A stretch of DNA of 64,000 nucleotides from a virus: the IMG/VR virus record IMGVR_UViG_3300017706_001340, positions 23,770-87,769 of that record; one strand, written 5' to 3'. The position numbers and the translations under genes are program-made. The first letter of the stretch is position 1, and every line of letters begins with the position of its first letter. This document shows, piece by piece, positions 58,801 to 64,000 of this stretch. The notes below the pieces were generated by a model. The model did not search any database and had not been told where the DNA came from. It worked only from the letters and a program-made list of their open reading frames with translations.

Positions 58801-61361
58801 TTCAATATATAATACCAGAAAATTCAACATTACCAGCTAGTGCAGTTCCATTCGAGTATGCAAAATCTGGAGATGTAATCACACAGGATGTATCTGGTAA
58901 CGATTCTTCTAGAGTCTCAATTGAGATCACTGATGAGACACCTAAGAGGTTTTTGTATGTTGATAGAAATTACCCTAACACCATCGCGCTAGTTGTAAAC
59001 GTGATACCTAAACCCAAGATTGACAGCCGGCAAGCAGATACATTCAAATATATGAACAACGCTAGCTTCATCACACCTGATGTTAAAAACAACATTTGGA
59101 TATCATGGGGGAAGAGATTCTGCTCGAGATACAACACTATGAAGAACGAGATAGACATGACTGTTGCTGTTGGCTCAGCATATGATGACCCAAGATATCA
59201 TCCACTGTCTGCTGAAACTCATGACCGAAGAGACAACGCCGGGAGGAGATCGGTGGTTGAAGGTTTAGCGATGGACACCGCGAACAATCTACTGATCATA
59301 AACAACAACGAAAAAGTGTTATATTCACTAAACTCCGATCAACCTACGTTGAGTTCATTTATAAAGATAGAGGATTATCAGATACCATATGAAGAGTTTA
59401 ACTGGGTGGAGAGCATCTCTAGTGATGATGAGGCCACAAGAGATGATTTTATGTTGTATCCTGAGAGTCATATGACTAAGGAACAGATCAAGGTGTTTTT
59501 AAACAACGTCAATTTCTCCGGGACGGAAGAAGAGAAAATGCAAGCGTTCATCAACTATAATAACACGATGACGATATCCGGAGGAGATAGTAAATTCCGC
59601 ACTGCCCATGGAGCTAACCCTGTATCTGCTACTGGATTTGAGTCTGAAATTTGCGCGTTTGGAGACTGGACTGGTTTCCGGTGGATCAACAAATATGATG
59701 ATAGAGCAGTGGCAAGTGATGAGACCACAGGGTTTGTAAGTGTCACTGGATCATCAAATGAATTTGATTTGATTAAATCCACAGGCACAAATGAAATAGT
59801 TAAGGTTAATGAAGATATTGATTTCGCGGGTGTGTTGAGATCATATATGAAGCAACCAAGTCTGGTGAATAGCCCTAAGTTGTATGAAGAGTTATTAACA
59901 GCAGTTTTCGGTACAAACACGTCATCAGTCAACTCTTTAGGTAAGCGAGTATATGAAAGAATTTCAAATTATATCGAAAACACAGTTGATATAGACACAT
60001 GCACTATAACAGCACTACACGGCCTGGCGGAGATGGTCAATTATAACCTAACCGGTGTTGGTTACACCTTCCCGGCAGACATGCAAAGATTATTAGACAT
60101 ACTGTCAATAAGTTACACACGACTGAGAGGAACAGCTGTAACTGAAGAACTAGATTTTGAGAAGTATGGCAATTGGACGCAACAGACTGCGGGTGTGAAT
60201 TTAGGTCATGAACTGTTGTTTGTATTTGATTATAGAGCAGACCATGGCTATTCAACTGGTGATTATGTTAAGTATGGTAAAAATTATTATGAGTGTGTAG
60301 AGAGCATATCAAATGTAACACCCAGCAAACTGTCTGAATACTGGATACATCACCCACGTGGTGAGATTAGAGCTATAACCCCATCGCGTGGTAGAATAGT
60401 ATATAATAAGATGTCTGAAGATCAACAACTAGAATATGATGGTTTTGAGGACTTTTATCAGCAAGAGGTCAACTTACGAATACAATTGATACAAAATCTA
60501 GATCTGGCGGTGGATAAAAAGGTAGTGTTACATAACGAGACTACAGGTGAATTTAATCTCGTACAAGGTCGGACGATCCGCTTGGAAGATGGCCGGACAT
60601 ACAAGATGACGCTGCATGATTCTAATCATATCAAAATAACGACACCTAATCTGTCTCGACCACTACACCCCGAGCATGTCGCGACAGTTGATGATTATGA
60701 ACCACTGTATACTGAAACAGATGATGGTGTTATCACTGTTATAGGTCAAGATAATCACAACATGACAATAGTTTTGTTCAGGAACCGGAATTATAGATTT
60801 GAAGTTGAGAGTTTAGACCACCCTATCATAATAACAGAATCACCCGGACCTAGCGCTGTACCGACAACATATGTAAATGATCAATTTGTAGAACTAGGTA
60901 AAATAAACATAAGCACCATGGATGACCCGGTACATGGTTTGCTTCCAACAAAACTATATTATCAAAGCACAAAGGATCACACCATATCTGGAACTATCAT
61001 AATAAAAGATGTAGATGCCACTATTGGTTACTCAACACTGTATGATGGATTGACATCATATTCATTGAACCTGTCGGTTAGTGGCCATCGAGAATTGGAT
61101 CAACTTGGATGGGGTATGGATTTTCCTGCTAATGGAAGTGCATGGCAGTATTATAGTCTGTTTGAATATGTTGAACCAACTGTAGATCAAGTAAAATATA
61201 TAAACAATGTTATAGACTGGGACAGCAATCAAACAACAGTCAAGCAAGACACACCATTTGCGTCTTGGTATGAAGAGGGTGGTATCGCACAAACTATGAT
61301 AGAAAAAACATTGAGAGAAGGTTTAGGTATGATGGATGGTATGGACTCAATAAGTAAATGA
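55890..61361 (+). CDS. Large multidomain baseplate protein (gp7/P2 gpI-like) with PKD, propeller-like and CBM-like modules
   Basis: PKD WDLGDG...HYPYPG.F; DIDTC...L..LAEMV motif; YSTGDYVKY....Y.C...P...YW; follows gp6. Confidence 0.65.
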   Translation: MATYSQLVGSSYTDVVVPITSDNGLGTIDTCKTTLTGYTLPQTQFTFTAELSSLDNTYIGASMDKLIWDLGDGTYSTGVSVTKHYPYPGEFQITTIFTDQNGVTHRNRLSQTIRVLNYIPDSLVWYTPTIADPFGGRPERAVCGAPSEDLSIYRMNSWQSWPMVSGDGGYYINLYSTGSKSRPLSTRQYESNPDTHFIPSWRFVENKESKLPVERVQTDNEFVYVKVVDSELVRVPSDDIDAIFAGTSGMMTVNYIDDNPNRLTSARSVEASKNNAGATQSNTNVTTEEAEMMNLGLEDRDIILYASFDTSKFPVSNGDRDIDKFELMKSNYFQVYETQKVGLPIQIKFNSPRELSLTTTGIHEDGFQISGNKFVNSPLPLVVSTMDLSSNTLNTEELAPLSSRWTAESQHFSGGDITTDVLTAQGFVTLYLSGNDSSFTQLKSVYRTDDDFKVWDIGQILPEQVENKQLRILLADRRDNTLLTTPFEDNTRNRIVSLLYSEIHPDQQEELIYTNISDHSYPGGKPREWQTRAGLKYYGFVLPTSNFTESGYVDMELKDATEKFDHTGSWLTYVNFNVEESSFDFDKTKYRFYAHTLIDPPETFTYDVAYYYITNPTNDRLWQIKPVYHREYSYGDDGFTQTYTPPISTQTPGNSGMYGLAVDTLGDVIAVDGDTDKVIRYWRNRTSRSEHALSDILPEDVTCNHWPKDPDAYGYTPSSVSLDKKLDYWVTLYDAVSTVKFSGETNLPIAYAVPSTPNYLADVRTTSPSSHWTIDPEYQMNIVGGRPGEYGENIINPSMVETCVNNDIVVTYTNPLCSFIARYDSTGQLKNKYEFPGEDRYFSGDVCVDVSDHVWAITESTGLTFDGQPDDQVASMLYAFDEELTLRFVVSSLEGTDYQDMLKPAPPKREEIDIIINMEQEYNYDTQEYYETAILVDGYGDSVNPQLTLYEGNVYHFENQYYNRGKHNLKFQYIIPENSTLPASAVPFEYAKSGDVITQDVSGNDSSRVSIEITDETPKRFLYVDRNYPNTIALVVNVIPKPKIDSRQADTFKYMNNASFITPDVKNNIWISWGKRFCSRYNTMKNEIDMTVAVGSAYDDPRYHPLSAETHDRRDNAGRRSVVEGLAMDTANNLLIINNNEKVLYSLNSDQPTLSSFIKIEDYQIPYEEFNWVESISSDDEATRDDFMLYPESHMTKEQIKVFLNNVNFSGTEEEKMQAFINYNNTMTISGGDSKFRTAHGANPVSATGFESEICAFGDWTGFRWINKYDDRAVASDETTGFVSVTGSSNEFDLIKSTGTNEIVKVNEDIDFAGVLRSYMKQPSLVNSPKLYEELLTAVFGTNTSSVNSLGKRVYERISNYIENTVDIDTCTITALHGLAEMVNYNLTGVGYTFPADMQRLLDILSISYTRLRGTAVTEELDFEKYGNWTQQTAGVNLGHELLFVFDYRADHGYSTGDYVKYGKNYYECVESISNVTPSKLSEYWIHHPRGEIRAITPSRGRIVYNKMSEDQQLEYDGFEDFYQQEVNLRIQLIQNLDLAVDKKVVLHNETTGEFNLVQGRTIRLEDGRTYKMTLHDSNHIKITTPNLSRPLHPEHVATVDDYEPLYTETDDGVITVIGQDNHNMTIVLFRNRNYRFEVESLDHPIIITESPGPSAVPTTYVNDQFVELGKINISTMDDPVHGLLPTKLYYQSTKDHTISGTIIIKDVDATIGYSTLYDGLTSYSLNLSVSGHRELDQLGWGMDFPANGSAWQYYSLFEYVEPTVDQVKYINNVIDWDSNQTTVKQDTPFASWYEEGGIAQTMIEKTLREGLGMMDGMDSISK

Positions 61362-61362
61362 T

Positions 61363-64000
61363 ATGACCTATGATTTAACAAGTCTAACGACGTTTGTACC
61401 GGAAAACAGTATAATCAATGAGATTCATGGTGGTGATGCAATCAAGCCTTATAGTTATACACAGTGGCTCGAGCAGTCAAACTTCACAGGAAACCAAAAT
61501 CGAAACCACTCAACAGAATACAACAAATATATACGTGAATGGAATGATCGTGTGATTAGAAGGAAAACAAAGTACAGCAAGCAAGACAGATACAAGTTGT
61601 TGATTAAGAATATATCATTAAATTATACCACAGATGAAGAGAAGAGGTTTCTCACAAACATTGACTACGATAACGAGCGACATGTTGCTGCAGCAACCAC
61701 CTTTTTCGCGAAAAAAATTCAAGAAATATCCACGTATTATTCAGCTGCTCGACAAAACATAAAACAATCTAGTACCCGTGCTGGAACAACAGGATCAATA
61801 ACATCAATTGAAAGATTGATATATAATGAAATACCTAAGCTTGTTTCTGAGAGGAGTATTATAGGCAATCAAAAAGTAGAATCAATTAGAGTAAGTAAGA
61901 CCAAAGTTAGTGTAAATGACTTGTATGAAGTTGATGCACATACACAAACAAAAATACCGATTGTATTTGACAAGGATATATTCATAGATATACAACAATC
62001 GATCGAAAATCTGGTTAATGAGTGTCTGCCAGTATTAGAAATATCTCCAGGAATATCCTTGACATTGAGTAATCAAATTGAAGCTACCGACACAACTATA
62101 AATCTACTTGATTACGAAAACTTCATCGATTATACAAAATCTCCTGACAATTTAAACATTTATAATGTAGAGAAGTATCTACCTAAATTAACAGGAGCTG
62201 ATATGTACACTATTTCAGATGGTGAGTTGAGTTTGTTGTTTGTCGGAGAAAATAAACATAGAAACATTTTACACACCGGTGGACCACATGTGATCACGTC
62301 TAGTTCTAAGAGTTATAAGACTAGGTCTCAACTGGGAAGATTGTTTGTACCGAGTAATATGGGCGTGTTGTCTTATTATAGTCACAAGCCAATTACAACC
62401 ATTTCAACGGATACTGATATACAGGCATTACCAGACCCGTACAGAATAAACACAACCAACGTCACGTTGATTGAAGATAATGTTGAATGGGTGAAGGCTT
62501 CATCAGCTAATGACGGATTGGCTGGAGATATAGTGGATGCCAACAGATTACCTAAATTCTTTTCATATAGGTCTGATGAAGAGACCAAGTTGTACACCGG
62601 ATTGGGAACCAGCAGGTCCTATGATCCTGTTGGGTTCTTCACAGGTTATGCCAATTCTAATTGGGCCAATGCAGATGTATTTTCGGTGGATGCAGCGAAC
62701 ATATATGATATTGATTCTAGACAGGATACGTTGATGATAGGTGATCATACTGTCACGAGTTGGAGTTCAGATATATATGGCAATCAATATGCTTTATACA
62801 AGAAAACACCAACAAAAAATCCGAGCGCATTCATATTTGGAGAATCAGAAGAAGATTATGAAACTAATAGTGTTTGTGTGATAATTGATGGTGGTAATAC
62901 ATTGAAACCACGTCCAAAATATTGGTCTGATGGTGTTTCATTCAAGATATATGAAGGTGGTCGGAGATGGGGTATAGATTCTAAAATAGAGCAACAGATA
63001 AACATGACACTATTTGAAGACCTCCGGCAAATGATACGGATTGTAAATTCCGACGGTACAACACGCGAGGTGATTGAAGAGAAGAACGCGTGGGACTTCC
63101 AACCAAACAAAACGAGAACGGAAATGGTTTCCACGCGGTTGACGTATCATGGATTTAAGAAAAAAGGTCTGGAGCCAGTGTATGACGAGCAAGCGTATGG
63201 TGGATTGTTCACTGATCAGACATGTGGGCAGATAGACCCGAGCAACCGAGAGTGTGTGATTAGAGACAACTATGCGTTCAGTACGTTTAGTGATGTGATC
63301 AGTGCATTGAGTGGTGAGAACTATTATGTATCTGCATCTGAACCCCTCACCGGGAGAAAGGATGCGTTTGAAGTGTATTTCAACACTGGTTATAGTGAAG
63401 ATGTAACATTTTCTGACACCACAGTAAATAGTGCCACTGAATTGTTTGTGAGTGAGGATGTTGATGCTGGTAATTTCACTGGTAGTAATTGTTTTGATGA
63501 GCTACAAGCTGAGTTTGTTTATGAGATTGAAAGTGACACACAATTTTATAACAAACCGTTGAATATAAGCAGAACCAAATTGACAGAAACGGAAGATGTT
63601 GAAGATATTGACACAACACAATACACAAGAGATCAACTGGGCGGTGAAATATACTACAGATCGTATAATGATGCGATCATCAAACCACTCACTGAAATAT
63701 TAGCCGAGCTAGCAGTGGATTTTGGAGATTCAACCGGAACTGATCGAGAAAGATTCATCAAGCAGGTTGATGGAGGTGTGTTGAACATGGAGATGTTTTT
63801 TGATGTGATATACATACAGACCGAAGAATTTATATATCTTGAAAAGGTTAAATTTGATGAAGATACCAACAAGATGCTCAAGAGTGATTATCCGAGTGTG
63901 TTAGTTCGTACAGAAATTGGTCCTGTTTCAAGACATGTGCAACCCATATATAATAAGAGAACACATGAACTAGTCTATGGTCAGATAATGAATGATGAGA
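61363..64000 (+). CDS. Large virion structural protein, truncated at window end (absent from the ORF track)
   Basis: ATG 1 nt after the previous stop; reads MTYDLTSLTTFVPENSIINEIHGG... and appears open to the window edge. Confidence 0.75.
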   Translation, partial: MTYDLTSLTTFVPENSIINEIHGGDAIKPYSYTQWLEQSNFTGNQNRNHSTEYNKYIREWNDRVIRRKTKYSKQDRYKLLIKNISLNYTTDEEKRFLTNIDYDNERHVAAATTFFAKKIQEISTYYSAARQNIKQSSTRAGTTGSITSIERLIYNEIPKLVSERSIIGNQKVESIRVSKTKVSVNDLYEVDAHTQTKIPIVFDKDIFIDIQQSIENLVNECLPVLEISPGISLTLSNQIEATDTTINLLDYENFIDYTKSPDNLNIYNVEKYLPKLTGADMYTISDGELSLLFVGENKHRNILHTGGPHVITSSSKSYKTRSQLGRLFVPSNMGVLSYYSHKPITTISTDTDIQALPDPYRINTTNVTLIEDNVEWVKASSANDGLAGDIVDANRLPKFFSYRSDEETKLYTGLGTSRSYDPVGFFTGYANSNWANADVFSVDAANIYDIDSRQDTLMIGDHTVTSWSSDIYGNQYALYKKTPTKNPSAFIFGESEEDYETNSVCVIIDGGNTLKPRPKYWSDGVSFKIYEGGRRWGIDSKIEQQINMTLFEDLRQMIRIVNSDGTTREVIEEKNAWDFQPNKTRTEMVSTRLTYHGFKKKGLEPVYDEQAYGGLFTDQTCGQIDPSNRECVIRDNYAFSTFSDVISALSGENYYVSASEPLTGRKDAFEVYFNTGYSEDVTFSDTTVNSATELFVSEDVDAGNFTGSNCFDELQAEFVYEIESDTQFYNKPLNISRTKLTETEDVEDIDTTQYTRDQLGGEIYYRSYNDAIIKPLTEILAELAVDFGDSTGTDRERFIKQVDGGVLNMEMFFDVIYIQTEEFIYLEKVKFDEDTNKMLKSDYPSVLVRTEIGPVSRHVQPIYNKRTHELVYGQIMNDE

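Noticed and set aside
1-64000. Stop-codon reassignment, tRNA genes
   Set aside because: Code 11 ORFs tile the window almost completely using all three stops, and intergenic gaps are too short or lack cloverleaf motifs.

Overview
A gene-dense, AT-rich (roughly 35-38% GC by eye) segment of a large T4-like myophage genome in genetic code 11. About 5-29 kb holds a replication/recombination block (uvsY, uvsW, gp55 late sigma, gp47/46, gp43 PolB, uvsX, gp41, gp32, gp45, RNase H, gp61). It is interleaved with a QueC / glutamine amidotransferase / glycosyltransferase trio, a second glycosyltransferase, a Nudix hydrolase, a DHH phosphoesterase and an NDP-rhamnose epimerase/reductase. About 31-64 kb holds morphogenesis genes (gp14, gp17, gp3, gp18, gp19, gp54-, gp26-, tape measure-, gp48-, gp53-, gp27-, gp16-, gp25-, gp6- and gp7-like) plus dUTPase and gp44. 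T4-type late promoters (nTAAATA) and sigma70-type promoters usually sit 4-11 nt from start codons, which implies leaderless mRNAs. Best leads: (1) a variant QueC-GATase-GT cassette together with strong CCGG over-representation, suggesting an unusual DNA modification; (2) a stand-alone Hint domain without a Cys1 or +1 nucleophile inside the tail module; (3) late genes sharing a capsid-targeting/protease-site-like N-terminus, including ligase-like and nuclease-like enzymes that may be injected cargo. I recognised no tRNA, rRNA, CRISPR array, integrase or transposase. All assignments come from motif recognition by eye; no database searches were run.
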